The notes beneath the pieces are model-generated. The model ran no database searches and had not been told where the DNA came from. It was given only the letters and a program-made list of their open reading frames with translations. Both the position numbers and the translations under genes were made by a program. Shown one piece after another: positions 18,796 through 29,640 of a stretch of 64,000 bases of DNA (position 1 is its first letter; each line of letters opens with the position of its first letter). The DNA is taken from the NCBI GenBank assembly GCA_963794325.1, contig CAWCDG010000008.1, positions 1-64,000 on the forward strand. Direction: 5' to 3'. This DNA is from an uncultured delta proteobacterium. Lineage in GTDB: Bacteria > Desulfobacterota > Binatia > Binatales > Binataceae.

Positions 18796-18903
18796 CCCTA
18801 ACCCTAGCCCCTTCCCCAGAAAGAATGGGGAAGGGGAACCGAAAAGTCATCGCAACTCGCTGTCCTATCCCCCTCACCCCCTTTCCACAAGGAAAGGGGG
18901 AAC
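18796..18903 (-). repeat. REP-like family A, two tandem reverse copies (18796-18841, 18864-18903)
   Basis: CCCTAACCCTAGCCCCTTCCCC-N-GGGGAAGGGGAACC and variant CCCCCTCACCCCCTTTCC-acaa-GGAAAGGGGGAAC. Confidence 0.8.
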
Positions 18904-19001
18904 AGAGCGGTTACGGCATTCCCCCTTTCGCGAAACTTTATGATAATGTCCCCATCGTTCGGGACCCGCCCGCCGAGGTGGCCCCGCGGAAGGTATTTGC
19001 C

Positions 19002-19754
19002 ATGTCGGGTCATTCGAAATGGAGTTCGATCAAGCATAAGAAGGCGATCACCGACTCCAAGCGCGGCCGCGTCTTCACCAAGATGATCAAGGAAATCACG
19101 ATCGCGGCGCGGCTCGGCGGCGGCGACATCAACTCGAATCCGCGACTGCGCACCGCGGTGACCGTCGCCAAGAAGCAGTCGATGCCCAACGACAACATCG
19201 ATCGCGCGATCAAGAAGGGCACCGGTGAAATCGCGGGCGCGTCGCTCGAAGAAATCACCTACGAAGGCTACGGCCCCGGCGGCGTCGCAATCATGGTCGA
19301 CGTGCTCTCGGACAATCGCAATCGCACGGTCGCGGAGTTGCGCTTCGTCTTCTCGCGGCATGGCGGCAATCTCGGCGAAGTCGGATGCGTCGGCTGGATG
19401 TTCAAAAAGCGCGGCGTGATTGGGATCGAAAAATCCGCAATCGACGAAGACAAGTTGCTCGAACTCGCGCTCGATGCCGGCGCTGACGACGTGACCAGCG
19501 ACGGCGACACTTTTGAGGTCCTCACCGCGCCAGACAAATTGAACGCGGTGCGCGACGCGATCGAAAAAGCCGGTATTCCGATCGCGCATTCGGAACAAAC
19601 CCGGATTCCTGAAAATACGGTTGCGGTCTCCGGCCATACGGCCGGTCAGGTGCTCAAGCTGATGGAAGAACTCGAGGATCACGACGACGTGCAAAATGTC
19701 GCCGCTAACTTCGACATCAGCGATCAAGAGATGGCGCAGTTCTCGGCGGCCTGA
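19002..19754 (+). CDS. yebC: YebC/PmpR family protein
   Basis: [30 protein letters not shown]; upstream of ruvCAB. Confidence 0.95.
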   Translation: MSGHSKWSSIKHKKAITDSKRGRVFTKMIKEITIAARLGGGDINSNPRLRTAVTVAKKQSMPNDNIDRAIKKGTGEIAGASLEEITYEGYGPGGVAIMVDVLSDNRNRTVAELRFVFSRHGGNLGEVGCVGWMFKKRGVIGIEKSAIDEDKLLELALDAGADDVTSDGDTFEVLTAPDKLNAVRDAIEKAGIPIAHSEQTRIPENTVAVSGHTAGQVLKLMEELEDHDDVQNVAANFDISDQEMAQFSAA

Positions 19755-19784
19755 CGCCGCGCGGGTCTGCCGCGGAGGTGGGGT

Positions 19785-20330
19785 ATGCGGATACTCGGGG
19801 TGGATCCCGGGAGTGCAGTATGCGGTTACGGCGTCGTCGAAGGCCCGGGCCAACGCTATGTGACCGCCGGCACGATTCGATGCGCGTCGTTGGCGCCCGG
19901 TCCCGCGCGCTTGCGTCGCATTCATGAGACTCTTCTCGCCATCATCGACGAGTACTCGCCAACTGCGGTGAGCCTCGAGCGACATTTCGTGGCCGCCAAC
20001 GTCCAGAGCGCATTTCGTCTCGGCGAGGCGCGCGCGATGGCGATGCTCGCGGCGGCTGAACGCGGCCTCGCGATGTACGAATACCCGCCCAACGAAGTTA
20101 AGCTATGCGTCGCCGGTCACGGACATGCCGACAAGGCGCAGGTGAAATACATGGTGCGCAAGACGCTCAAGCTTGATCCGGCGAGCGATCTTGCCGACGA
20201 CGCCGCCGACGCGCTCGCGATCGCGCTCTGCCATCTCGGCCGCGGCCGCATGCCGAACCTGGTCGAGTCGATCGAGCGCATCCGTCCGCCCGCACCGCGA
20301 CGCGCCAAGCCCCGGATGGTGCCGCAATGA
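19785..20330 (+). CDS. ruvC: Holliday junction resolvase RuvC
   Basis: ILGVDPG, GHADKAQV, DDAADALAIA. Confidence 0.95.
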   Translation: MRILGVDPGSAVCGYGVVEGPGQRYVTAGTIRCASLAPGPARLRRIHETLLAIIDEYSPTAVSLERHFVAANVQSAFRLGEARAMAMLAAAERGLAMYEYPPNEVKLCVAGHGHADKAQVKYMVRKTLKLDPASDLADDAADALAIALCHLGRGRMPNLVESIERIRPPAPRRAKPRMVPQ

Positions 20331-20968
20331 TCGCGACATTGTCAGGCGCACTCGCAGTTCGCGACGCAAGCCGCATCGTGGTCGAGACCGGCGGCGTCGG
20401 CTACGAAGTATTGATCCCGCTGAGCACCTACTATCGCTTGCCGCAACTCGGCGAGCAGGTCGCGCTCGAGATTCGGCAGGTCGTGCGCGAGGACGCGTTG
20501 ATGCTCTACGGATTTTCCAGCGCGACCGAGAAGCGCGCCTTCGACTTGCTGATGAGCGTGCAGCACGTCGGCCCGAAGCTCGCGCTCGCGATCCTGTCGG
20601 TGCTCGCGCCGGAAGAACTCGTGGCCGCGATAGGGAAGGGTGACGTCGATCGAATCGACGCAGTGCCCGGCGTCGGTCCGAAGGTCGCGGAGCGCGTCTG
20701 TCGCGAACTGCGCGACAAAGTGGCCGACTTGAAGCTGGCTGCCCCGTCCACCAGCGCATCCAACGGCCATCTGCGTCCGGTGCCGGATCGAAACAGCACG
20801 CCCGCCGGGCCCGCCGACGAAGCAGTTTCAGCGCTCGTTAATCTCGGCATGAAACCGATTGAAGCGAAGCGAACCGTTGACGCGGTGATCGCCGCGGATG
20901 CGAGCGCAGCGGAAAATCCGGAAGTCATAATCCGCAAATCATTGGCGGTGCTGCTCGTTGAAAAGTAA
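20327..20968 (+). CDS. ruvA: Holliday junction DNA-binding protein RuvA
   Basis: [34 protein letters not shown]. Confidence 0.95.
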   Translation: MIATLSGALAVRDASRIVVETGGVGYEVLIPLSTYYRLPQLGEQVALEIRQVVREDALMLYGFSSATEKRAFDLLMSVQHVGPKLALAILSVLAPEELVAAIGKGDVDRIDAVPGVGPKVAERVCRELRDKVADLKLAAPSTSASNGHLRPVPDRNSTPAGPADEAVSALVNLGMKPIEAKRTVDAVIAADASAAENPEVIIRKSLAVLLVEK

Positions 20969-22013
20969 GCCGATCGAAAATTCACATCCGGATACCGCGC
21001 CCATTGGAGAGGGCCGGATCGCCGCGCGGGTTGGTCACGAGGACGAGCGTCGCCTTGATCTCGCGCTCCGCCCTCGCAAACTCGACGAATTCATCGGCCA
21101 GACGCGCAACAAGAAAATCCTCGGCATGTCGATCGATGCGGCCCGGGGGCGCGCTGAGGTCCTCGATCACGTCCTGTTCTCGGGGCCGCCCGGACTCGGT
21201 AAGACTTCGCTCGCACATATCATCGCGCGCGAGCTCGGCGTGAACCTGCATATCACCTCAGGTCCGGCGATTGAGCGCGCCGCCGACCTCGCCGCAATCG
21301 TCAACAACCTTCAGGAACACGACGTGCTCTTCATTGATGAGATTCATCGCCTGCAGCGCGCGATCGAGGAGCGGCTCTACTCGGCGATGGAAGACTTCGA
21401 ATTTCACATCGTGATGGGCGAGGGGATGGGCGCGCGCACAATGAAGCTGGCCGTCAAACCTTTTACGCTGGTTGGCGCTACCACGCGATCGGGTCTTCTC
21501 AGCGCGCCGCTGCGCGACCGCTTCGGCCAGCATTTCCACCTCGACTTTTACGATCACGCCGAACTGGGCGAGATTGTGCGCCGCTCCGCCGCGCTGTTGA
21601 ACGTCGCGATCGACCAGCAGGGTGCGGACGAGCTCGCGTCGCGATCGCGCGGGACGCCGCGAATCGCCAACCGCCTGCTGCGCCGCGTCCGCGACTTCGC
21701 GCAGGTTAATGAAGCGCCGCTCGTCACTCGCGAGATCGCGCTCGGCGCTCTCGAACTGCTCGAGATCGATACCGCCGGTTTCGACAAGATGGACCGCGCC
21801 ATTCTCGGCGCGATCATCGACAAGTTCGACGGCGGCCCGGTCGGGGTCGAGAGCCTTGCCGCCGCGGTCGGCGAGGAGTCCGACACGATCGAGGAGGTTT
21901 ACGAACCCTACCTGCTTCAGGAGGGCTTCCTCGCACGCACCTCGCGCGGCCGCGTCGCGACCCAGCGCGCCTACACCCATCTCGGCCGCACCCGCCGCGG
22001 CACTCTGCTGTAG
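20958..22013 (+). CDS. ruvB: Holliday junction helicase RuvB
   Basis: [35 protein letters not shown]. Confidence 0.97.
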   Translation: MKSKPIENSHPDTAPIGEGRIAARVGHEDERRLDLALRPRKLDEFIGQTRNKKILGMSIDAARGRAEVLDHVLFSGPPGLGKTSLAHIIARELGVNLHITSGPAIERAADLAAIVNNLQEHDVLFIDEIHRLQRAIEERLYSAMEDFEFHIVMGEGMGARTMKLAVKPFTLVGATTRSGLLSAPLRDRFGQHFHLDFYDHAELGEIVRRSAALLNVAIDQQGADELASRSRGTPRIANRLLRRVRDFAQVNEAPLVTREIALGALELLEIDTAGFDKMDRAILGAIIDKFDGGPVGVESLAAAVGEESDTIEEVYEPYLLQEGFLARTSRGRVATQRAYTHLGRTRRGTLL

Positions 22014-22018
22014 CGACT

Positions 22019-22732
22019 ATGGCCAAGATTTATGTTCTCCAGCATCACCCGGTCGAGAATCTCGGCACTATCGCCGACGCTCTCGAAGGCAGTGCGCTCG
22101 CATGGCAATACGTGCGCGTCGGCGAAGGCCAGCCGGTGCCTGCGAATATGAAAGGGGCGGGCGGCCTCATCGTGATGGGCGGTCCGATGGGCGTCTATCA
22201 GACCGATCGTTACCCGTGGCTGCGCGACGAGATGCGCCTGATCGAAGACGCGATGAAATCGAATCTGCCGGTGCTCGGCGTATGCCTGGGCGCGCAGATT
22301 CTCGCAGCCGCACTCGGCGCGAAAGTCGATCGCAATCCTAACGGCAAAGAAATCGGATGGCATCCGGTTTGTTTGAGTGATTCGGCCAGGGAAGATCGCC
22401 TGATGCGCGATTTGCCCGCGACGATGACCCCATTTCATTGGCACGGCGACATCTTCGATCTGCCGCCCGGCGCGGTTTCGCTCGCATCGTCGGACAAGAC
22501 CCCGTGCCAATCATTCCGCCATGGCGACAAAACCTACGGCTTCCAGTTCCACTTCGAAGTGACGCGCGACGGAGTCGCCGCGATGGCCAACGCATTCGCA
22601 AAAGAACTGGTTCGCGAAAATATCCCGGCCGATCGAATGATCGCTGACGCGGATGAGTTCCTGCCTCCGCTCGAAAAGATTTCCGACACGGTCTTCTCGC
22701 GCTGGGCTTCCCCAATCCAGCGCATGTCCTGA
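22019..22732 (+). CDS. Type 1 glutamine amidotransferase-like protein
   Basis: MGGPMG, LGVCLGAQ, WHGD, QFHFE. Confidence 0.9.
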   Translation: MAKIYVLQHHPVENLGTIADALEGSALAWQYVRVGEGQPVPANMKGAGGLIVMGGPMGVYQTDRYPWLRDEMRLIEDAMKSNLPVLGVCLGAQILAAALGAKVDRNPNGKEIGWHPVCLSDSAREDRLMRDLPATMTPFHWHGDIFDLPPGAVSLASSDKTPCQSFRHGDKTYGFQFHFEVTRDGVAAMANAFAKELVRENIPADRMIADADEFLPPLEKISDTVFSRWASPIQRMS

Positions 22733-22755
22733 GAGGCTTCTCCCTCTGCGCGATT

Positions 22756-22795
22756 GTTCCCCTTCCCTCGAGGGAAGGGGTTAGGGGTTAGGTTC
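22756..22795 (+). repeat. REP-like family A, copy 5
   Basis: GTTCCCCTTCCC-tcga-GGGAAGGGG-TTAGGGGTTAGG, between convergent genes. Confidence 0.85.
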
Positions 22796-23375
22796 CCCGG
22801 CACATTCGAGCTTCCATCTCCAACAACTTACGCTTGCGTTCCAACCCCCATCGATATCCCCCGAGATGGCCCGACGCGCGAATCGCGCGATGGCAAGGGA
22901 TGATAATCGACACGGGATTGGCGCCGTTGGCGGTGCCGACCGCGCGGACTGCGCGAGGCCGTCCAATTTGCTGCGCGATTTGGGAATACGAGCGCGTTTC
23001 GCCCGCGGGAATCGCGCGGAGTTCCTCCCACACCGCGAACTGAAACGGAGTGCCGCGGATATCCATCGGAGGCGCAGGTATCTTCGAGTGGCCGGCAATG
23101 TAGTTTGCGAGCGCCTCGGCCCATTGGCCGATGCGCAGGTCCTGGCGACGATTCGGGTCTGCGACCCGAATCGTCGCATCCGGATAGTCGCGCCGCAGCT
23201 CGGCGACTATCGTCCGATCTGCTTCGCCCATCGCGGCGAAGCAGATCCCGCGCCGGGTGCCTGCTACCAGCAACCGGCCGAGCGCCGAATCGACAATCGC
23301 ATACGTGATTTCTGCGCCGTCGCCGCGCGGCCCGTACGGGTTGTTCATACTGTTACTTTTGCCCGAATCATGCAT
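22788..23375 (-). CDS. ogt: Methylated-DNA--protein-cysteine methyltransferase (resembles the C-terminal half of Ada)
   Basis: GTPFQ..VW, RAVG.A...NP, IPCHR, GGYRWG. Confidence 0.9.
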   Translation of the reverse strand: MHDSGKSNSMNNPYGPRGDGAEITYAIVDSALGRLLVAGTRRGICFAAMGEADRTIVAELRRDYPDATIRVADPNRRQDLRIGQWAEALANYIAGHSKIPAPPMDIRGTPFQFAVWEELRAIPAGETRSYSQIAQQIGRPRAVRAVGTANGANPVSIIIPCHRAIRASGHLGGYRWGLERKRKLLEMEARMCRGT

Positions 23376-23439
23376 CTAAAATGGGTACGCGGGTTCGCCC
23401 CGTTGGAACCATATAACCCCGTGAATCGGTTATTGTGAT

Positions 23440-23934
23440 ATGAAACCAAACATCAAGGCGCTTGCCGTTTCCGTTTCGATCGTCGTCACTCTGATTTTCG
23501 CTATCGCGCTCGCGGCAGAAATTCCCGGCCCACCAGCCACGGACTTGAAGCTGGCGCCCGCTCTTTCGTTTTCGGACGACTCGAGTTCCAACTTTCCTAT
23601 CGAGGGAAAGAATCTATCCGACGGCACGATTACGTCCGACCATGCGACGGTGATCTTCTTCGGCACGGCGAATTGCTGGAACACCGCCCGCGAAGCCGAA
23701 CGCCTGGTGAACCTGTATCCTCAATACAAAGATAAGATTCACTTCGTCGTCGTCGATTTGCGGAGTCCGTCACTTGCGCAGCAACCTTTGATCGAACGCT
23801 ACTACCACGGCTACATCCCAACGATCGCGGTCATCGATAGCAATGGCAACGTGCTCTACGATCGCGCCGGCGAGACCGCGAGCGAGCGTGGCGATACGAG
23901 CAATCTGCAGAAGTTGCTCGACACCGCGCGCTAG
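23440..23934 (+). CDS. Exported thioredoxin-fold protein with a single Cys (CWNT)
   Basis: Signal peptide; VIFF..ANCWNT; FVVVD; YIPTIAVID..G. Confidence 0.65.
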   Translation: MKPNIKALAVSVSIVVTLIFAIALAAEIPGPPATDLKLAPALSFSDDSSSNFPIEGKNLSDGTITSDHATVIFFGTANCWNTAREAERLVNLYPQYKDKIHFVVVDLRSPSLAQQPLIERYYHGYIPTIAVIDSNGNVLYDRAGETASERGDTSNLQKLLDTAR

Positions 23935-23944
23935 GCGCGGCGTC

Positions 23945-25545
23945 TCAATTCGGCGCGTCGGCATTTCGGTCGTATAACAGGAGGTGGATCTGGCCGAAAT
24001 CCTTCTCTGAATTCAGCCGATATCTGTCACCGATCGCCGCCAGAAGCCGCTTGTTCATTTTCCTTTGCGCCTGGGAAAAGGGTTGGTCGCTTGAGTTCTG
24101 AAAAAAATCGATCGGCCACTGCGCCAGCCAGAGTCGAGCATATCGTTTTGGCGCCTCGTTGATCGCTCGCATCGCGATCGGTTCGAAGAGATTCGGTTCG
24201 GTGAAGTAATGCCCAGAATCGATTCCTCCGATGCGCCATTGCGCGTCCCAGTCGGGAAAGATTACGGCTGGCGGTTCAGCGAAGCCCGACCTCGATACAT
24301 AGTAGTCGTAAGTGCCTCGAGAGGTCGGAAGCAGAAAAATTATCGCGTCGCGGGGTTTTGCATCATTGAGTACATACCTGGTAACTGCGCGCCAATCGTC
24401 GCGGCTGTCGTATCGGTAGTAGAGGTAATCCTGGTAGAGCGAAAGCGTTGCGATGGCCACGAGGCCTGCCGCGCCGATCCACCGGGGCCGCATTCGGCAT
24501 AGTCCGACCGCGCACAGAATAACGAAAAAAGGGAACGCTTCGCTCAGGTAACGAACCACCAGCAGCGGCTTGACCAGAGAAATGACGAGCACGACTGCGA
24601 GCGGAAATGCGAACCCGAGCAGGATGAAGTATCGGCGACCTTCGGCCCGTTCGGATTTCCGGTCGTCGAACAACAGTGCGAGCACGCCGCATCCTGCGGC
24701 TATCATATAGATTGCCGTCAGCAGAAATTCACCGCGCCCGGTCGTCAGCGAGCCGCAGAAGTCGCAAAACAATTCTGAAATCAAAGCGGGAGCGAGCGAA
24801 GAAACCCAGTTGGCTTGTCCGACATCGGTCAACAACACGGATAGCCCCTTCGGTATTATCAGCAGACAGATGAGAACAACGGTCGCAATCAGTCCGAAGC
24901 GCAATTTCATCCGGCGTGGGCGCCGCACGAGGGGAATCCATTGAGCAGGATACGAGAGCGCGCCGAAAATGTGGGTGTACGCACCAAGCACGGCAGTCAT
25001 CACGTACGCCACATAGTTCGGGAGGGATTGGAGTGTCGAAGGCATCGCAGGAAAAATACCCACGAGCATACGACCAGCATCGTCATCAGGGCGTAGCAGC
25101 GAGCCTCCTGGGCATAGCGAATGGAAAAGACGTTGACCGCGAATAGAAGTGCGGTGACGATTGCGACACGCGTTCCAACCAGCCTTCGCGCAAGCGCATA
25201 AATGAACGGAAGCGTCGCGACCGAGAAGATCACGGATGGCATCCGCAGAGACGCCTCGCTGTCACCGAAAAGCGTCATCCAAAGCCGCAGCACGACCTGG
25301 TAGGGGGACATGGCGACTTCGTTCGATTTCGTCAGCATGTCGCGCCACGACATATGCGCAAACGCGACGCTGAGAGCCTCGTCGTGCCAGAGGCTTGGCT
25401 TGCCCAGATAGAGGAGGCGCAGGATTGCTGCGATGATCGTCAGGACCGGAACGACCGCTCGTGGCGACGGTCGCGAGATCCATCGCCACGCGGGCGCTTG
25501 CTCAGCGTCCGCCGACGATGCCGTCAGATGCGCGGGTTCGCCCAC
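23945..25545 (-). CDS. GT-C fold glycosyltransferase (PMT/ArnT-like), frameshifted near 25030-25045
   Basis: SLWHDE, LRMPS, YAQEARCY in the tail of ORF 25000..26778, continuing as AYTH...VRYL...DDWR in ORF 23945..25069; start uncertain. Confidence 0.75.
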
Positions 25546-25568
25546 TCGTCCGGATCGCGCACGCCGGG

Positions 25569-26778
25569 CTAGCCCTTCGGCAGCTTGAGGACGCGCTCGC
25601 CGATGATGTTGTGCTGAATCTCGCTCGAGCCTGCAGCGATCGTCAGCCCGCGCGCTGCGAGTGTCCGATGCATCCAGCGGCCGCCTTCGACTGCGCCGAC
25701 GCTGCCGCCCTCGACGTTGGCGAACGCATCCCAGCATCTCGTCGGCGAACATCGCGACTCGCAGATTCAGCTCGGTCGCAAACAGCTTGCCGAATGAACT
25801 CTCCGCGCCCGGCACCTTGCCCTTGAGCTGCGCCGACAGCGACCGGTAACGCGACAATCGCAGGCATCGCGCCTCGACCGCGAACTGCGCGAGCTTCTGC
25901 CGCACATAAGGATGCTTCCACGCAGGTCCGCCTTCGAAATCCACTTTCTTCGCGAGGTCGAGCAGCTCGCCAATCGTGCGTTCCACTGGATGCCGCGTGC
26001 CGCCGGAAACGCGCTCGTACATCAGCGTCGCAATCGACACCTGCCATCCCGCGTTGAGATCGCCGACCAGGTTTTCTTTCGGCACACGGACGTTGTCGTA
26101 AAAGACCTCGTTGAATCCGGCGTCGCCGGTGATCTGAACGAGAGGGCGCACCGTGATCCCGGGGCTATGCATATCGACCAGCAGGTATGAAATCCCTTTG
26201 TGCTTGGGAGCTGCGGGATCCGTTCGCACCAGGAGCACCTGCCAATCTGCACGATGCGCCAAACTGGTCCACACCTTCTGCCCGTTGATTACGAAGGTGT
26301 CGCCGTCGAGCACAGCGCGCGTCTGCAGACCCGCCAGATCAGAACCGGCGCCGGGCTCTGAATAACCCTGGCACCAGATTTCCTCGCCGGTGAGCATCTT
26401 GAGCAGGTAGCGCTTTTTCTGCTGCTCGGTGCCGAGATGCATGATCGTCGGCCCGATTCGATCGATCGCAAGCTGATTGGCGCCGTAGAGCGGCAGCCCC
26501 AGCCGCAGCGCTTCGTCCTGGTAGATAGCCTGCTCGATCATGCTCGCACCGCCACCGCCCCATTCCTTGGGCCAATGCAGCGCGGCGTAACCGGCCTTGT
26601 AGAGCCGTCGATGGTAGTCGAGGAGCCGATTCCACTGCTCGTCATCGCGCACATCGAGCAGGCTCGCAGTCGAGCCGCCGAGCCCTCTGCGCCCGAGCGT
26701 TTCCGCGGAATTCTTCTCGAGCCATCCCGCAATTTCAGCGCGAAATTTGTCCTGTTCGGGAGTGTAAGTAAAATCCAT
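25569..26778 (-). CDS. Acyl-CoA dehydrogenase, +1 frameshift near 25728
   Basis: [32 protein letters not shown]; true C-terminus [24 protein letters not shown] is in the shifted frame. Confidence 0.9.
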
Positions 26779-26986
26779 CGGCTGCTCCGCGTGATTGGTC
26801 GGCGCGAGTATAGCGCGATCGGGAGATTCGTCGTTAGTGAAGCGTCTCGATCTTCGATACTGGCATCACGAATCCTTTGCTATATGATAGCCGGATACTC
26901 TGAGTGCTGCGGGACGCCGTGAAAAAATTGGAACGCGCGTTGCGTCTGCGCTCTATCATCAAAACACGAGGCGAATTGCGACACCG

Positions 26987-28234
26987 ATGGCATACGAGCA
27001 CATCAAGGTTCCCAGCAACGGCGAAAAGATTACTCTTGGCGCCAATCATACCCTGAAAGTACCCGACCGCCCGATCATTCCGTTTATCGAAGGCGACGGC
27101 ACCGGCCCCGACATCTGGCGCGCGTCGCAATACGTCTTCGACAACGCGGTCAAGAAAATCTACGGCGGCAAGCGCCAGATCGCGTGGATGGAAGTGTTCG
27201 CGGGCGACAAGTCGTTCAACCAGTGGAAGACGTGGCTGCCCGACGAAACCGTGGAGGCGTTCCGCGAATTCCTGGTCGGCATCAAGGGCCCCTTGACGAC
27301 TCCGATCGGCGGCGGCATCAGCTCGCTCAACGTCGCGCTGCGCCAGATGCTCGATCTCTACGTATGCCTGCGGCCGGTGCGCTACTTCGCCGGCGTGCCG
27401 AGCCCGGTCAAGCATCCCGAGAAACTCGACGTCGTGATCTTTCGCGAGAACACCGAAGACATCTACGCCGGAATCGAATGGCCGGCCGAATCGCCCGAGG
27501 CGAAGAAGGTCATCAAGTTTCTGCAGGAGGAGATGGGCGTCAAAAAAATCCGTTTCCCCAACACCTCGGGGATCGGCATCAAGCCGGTCTCGCGCGAGGG
27601 CAGCGAGCGGCTCATTCGCGCGGCGCTCGACTACGCGATTCGCCACAAGCGCAAGAGCGTGACGATGGTCCACAAGGGCAACATTATGAAATACACGGAG
27701 GGCGCGTTCCGCGATTGGGGCTACGAACTCGTCCGCCGCGAGTACAAAGGCAAGGCGGTGGGATGGGACGATTGCAACGGCAAGCCGCCCGCCGGTGAGT
27801 TGCTGGTCAAGGATGCGATCGCCGACATCACGCTGCAGCAAGTGCTGACGCGCCCCGACGAGTTCGACGTCGTCGCGACGATGAACCTCAACGGCGACTA
27901 TTTGTCCGACGCGCTCGCGGCGCAGGTCGGCGGCATCGGAATCGCTCCTGGAGCCAACATCAACTATTTGACCGGTCACGCGATCTTCGAAGCGACGCAT
28001 GGCACCGCGCCCAAGTACGCCAATCAGGACAAGGTGAACCCCGGCTCGGTGATTCTGTCGGGCGTGCTGATGTTCGAGCACATGGGATGGCAGGAGGTTG
28101 CCGACGGAATCATTCGCGGCCTCGAGAAGACGATCAGCAAGAAAGAAGTGACGTACGATTTCGAGCGCCTGATGACCGGCGCGAAACTGCTGAAGTGCTC
28201 TGAGTTCGGCAAGGCGATCGTCGAAAACATGTAG
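26987..28234 (+). CDS. icd: NADP-dependent isocitrate dehydrogenase
   Basis: [49 protein letters not shown]. Confidence 0.97.
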   Translation: MAYEHIKVPSNGEKITLGANHTLKVPDRPIIPFIEGDGTGPDIWRASQYVFDNAVKKIYGGKRQIAWMEVFAGDKSFNQWKTWLPDETVEAFREFLVGIKGPLTTPIGGGISSLNVALRQMLDLYVCLRPVRYFAGVPSPVKHPEKLDVVIFRENTEDIYAGIEWPAESPEAKKVIKFLQEEMGVKKIRFPNTSGIGIKPVSREGSERLIRAALDYAIRHKRKSVTMVHKGNIMKYTEGAFRDWGYELVRREYKGKAVGWDDCNGKPPAGELLVKDAIADITLQQVLTRPDEFDVVATMNLNGDYLSDALAAQVGGIGIAPGANINYLTGHAIFEATHGTAPKYANQDKVNPGSVILSGVLMFEHMGWQEVADGIIRGLEKTISKKEVTYDFERLMTGAKLLKCSEFGKAIVENM

Positions 28235-28259
28235 TCCGACGCACCGTTCAGACGGTAGG

Positions 28260-28296
28260 AGCGCGAGGCGCGTTTAGCGTCTCGCGCTTTTTTTTC
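28260..28296 (+). terminator. Rho-independent terminator
   Basis: GCGCGAGGCGC-gttta-GCGTCTCGCGC followed by T8. Confidence 0.8.
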
Positions 28297-28342
28297 AATG
28301 AGAATCCAATCAGGCAATGTCGAATATCGGGGCGTTTCGCGC

Positions 28343-28373
28343 TTGACATATATGTAACCGATGGGTTACATAT
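28343..28373 (+). promoter_or_regulatory. Sigma70-type promoter overlapped by a palindromic operator
   Basis: TTGACA at 28343; perfect inverted repeat ATATGTAACC-gatg-GGTTACATAT (28350-28373) ending 7 nt before the ArsR ATG. Confidence 0.8.
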
Positions 28374-28380
28374 TCCCGCG

Positions 28381-28701
28381 ATGCCGATAGACGCCACCAT
28401 TGGGGCACTGGCCGATTCCACCCGCCGCGAATTGCTGCGGCGCCTCGCCGACAAACCGTGCCGCGCTGGAGAGTTGGCGCGCGGGTTTGCGATCAGCCGT
28501 CCCGCGATTTGCAAGCACACGCGGATGCTGGGGCGGGCCGGTCTTATCCGGGCTAGGAAAGTGGGGCGCGAACGAATCTACGAGCTCGCGCCACGGGGCC
28601 AAATCGCGGTTCAGGAATTGATCAGAACATTGGAAGAGGTAGGCGCGTTCTGGGACAGCACACTGAATGCGTTCAAGCGCTACGTGGAGGAAAACCGATG
28701 A
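28381..28701 (+). CDS. ArsR/SmtB family transcriptional regulator
   Basis: ALADSTRR.LL..L, ISRPAI.KH...L..AGLI, GRER.Y.L. Confidence 0.9.
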   Translation: MPIDATIGALADSTRRELLRRLADKPCRAGELARGFAISRPAICKHTRMLGRAGLIRARKVGRERIYELAPRGQIAVQELIRTLEEVGAFWDSTLNAFKRYVEENR

Positions 28702-29132
28702 CGATTCGAAAAGCGATTCGAGTGGAACGCTCGCCGGAAGTCGTGTTCCGCGTCTTCACCGAAGAAATAGGCAAATGGTGGCCGCTGAAAGAAGGGTTTT
28801 CTTTCGGCGGCGAAAAGGCCAAGGAGATCTTCATCGAAGGCCGCGTTGGCGGCAGGTTCTTCGAGCGACTTACCGACGGCACCGAATTCGAAGTTGGCCG
28901 TATCACCGCGTTTCAACCGCCGCACGTCGTTGCGTTCACGTGGAAGGCTCCCGAGTGGGAGGCGCCGACCGAGGTCGAAGTCAAATTCGCGCCTGACGGG
29001 ACCGGCACTCGCGTCGAGCTCGAGCATCGAGGATGGGACGCGGGACCGATCATGCAGAAGCAGGGCAAGGGTTACAGCGACGGCTGGGGCATCATCCTGG
29101 TGCGATTTAACGCACGAGCTGCCGTCGCCTGA
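28698..29132 (+). CDS. SRPBCC/AHSA1 domain protein
   Basis: PEVVFRVFT..I.KWW, FTW, TEVEV.F, GTRVELEHRGW, GW; coupled to ArsR (ATGA overlap). Confidence 0.9.
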   Translation: MTIRKAIRVERSPEVVFRVFTEEIGKWWPLKEGFSFGGEKAKEIFIEGRVGGRFFERLTDGTEFEVGRITAFQPPHVVAFTWKAPEWEAPTEVEVKFAPDGTGTRVELEHRGWDAGPIMQKQGKGYSDGWGIILVRFNARAAVA

Positions 29133-29165
29133 CAGCGTACCAACAACTCATCTAGGAGCAGAAAT

Positions 29166-29627
29166 ATGAAACCGTGGACCTGGTTGAGAATAGGAGCGGC
29201 GCTTCAAGGCCTTGGAGCCGTGCTTCACACGATCGCGGCGATGGATTCACCGAGTCGCGGCCCGGCGGAACAAGCAGTGTTTGCCGCGATGCAGTCGTTT
29301 CACTTTCAGATTGCGGGAGTGAATCGCAGCCACTGGGACTTCTACATGGGTTACGAGTTATGCATCACAGTGGTGTTCGCCATTTTAGCGGTGTTGATCT
29401 GGCAGCTAAGCAACTTGAGCCGGGAAGAGCCGAGGCACGCAGTGCCTTTGATCACCACTATCCTGGTGGCGGAGATTTTATTGAGTGCAGTGGGTTGGGA
29501 GTACTTTTTTGCCGGCCCGGGCGGGATGTCGATCCTGATAGCCGCATGCCTGGTAGCTGCGATACTTGGACTTAGGAAAATTAAGCAGCCGGAATTTCAA
29601 ACCAGGCGGACAGCAAAGGCAAGCTAG
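29166..29627 (+). CDS. Four-TM hypothetical membrane protein
   Basis: AGGAG RBS; four hydrophobic helices. Confidence 0.7.
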   Translation: MKPWTWLRIGAALQGLGAVLHTIAAMDSPSRGPAEQAVFAAMQSFHFQIAGVNRSHWDFYMGYELCITVVFAILAVLIWQLSNLSREEPRHAVPLITTILVAEILLSAVGWEYFFAGPGGMSILIAACLVAAILGLRKIKQPEFQTRRTAKAS

Positions 29628-29640
29628 CGAATCAGCTGAC

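Noticed and set aside
23405-23433. ECF-sigma-like promoter GGAAC-N19-GTT before the thioredoxin-fold gene
   Set aside because: Motif too short and spacing atypical to support from one instance.
25000-26778. 592-aa ORF that looks like an acyl-CoA dehydrogenase-glycosyltransferase fusion
   Set aside because: Artefact of a +1 frameshift near 25728. The dehydrogenase's normal C-terminus and TAG (25569) are in another frame.
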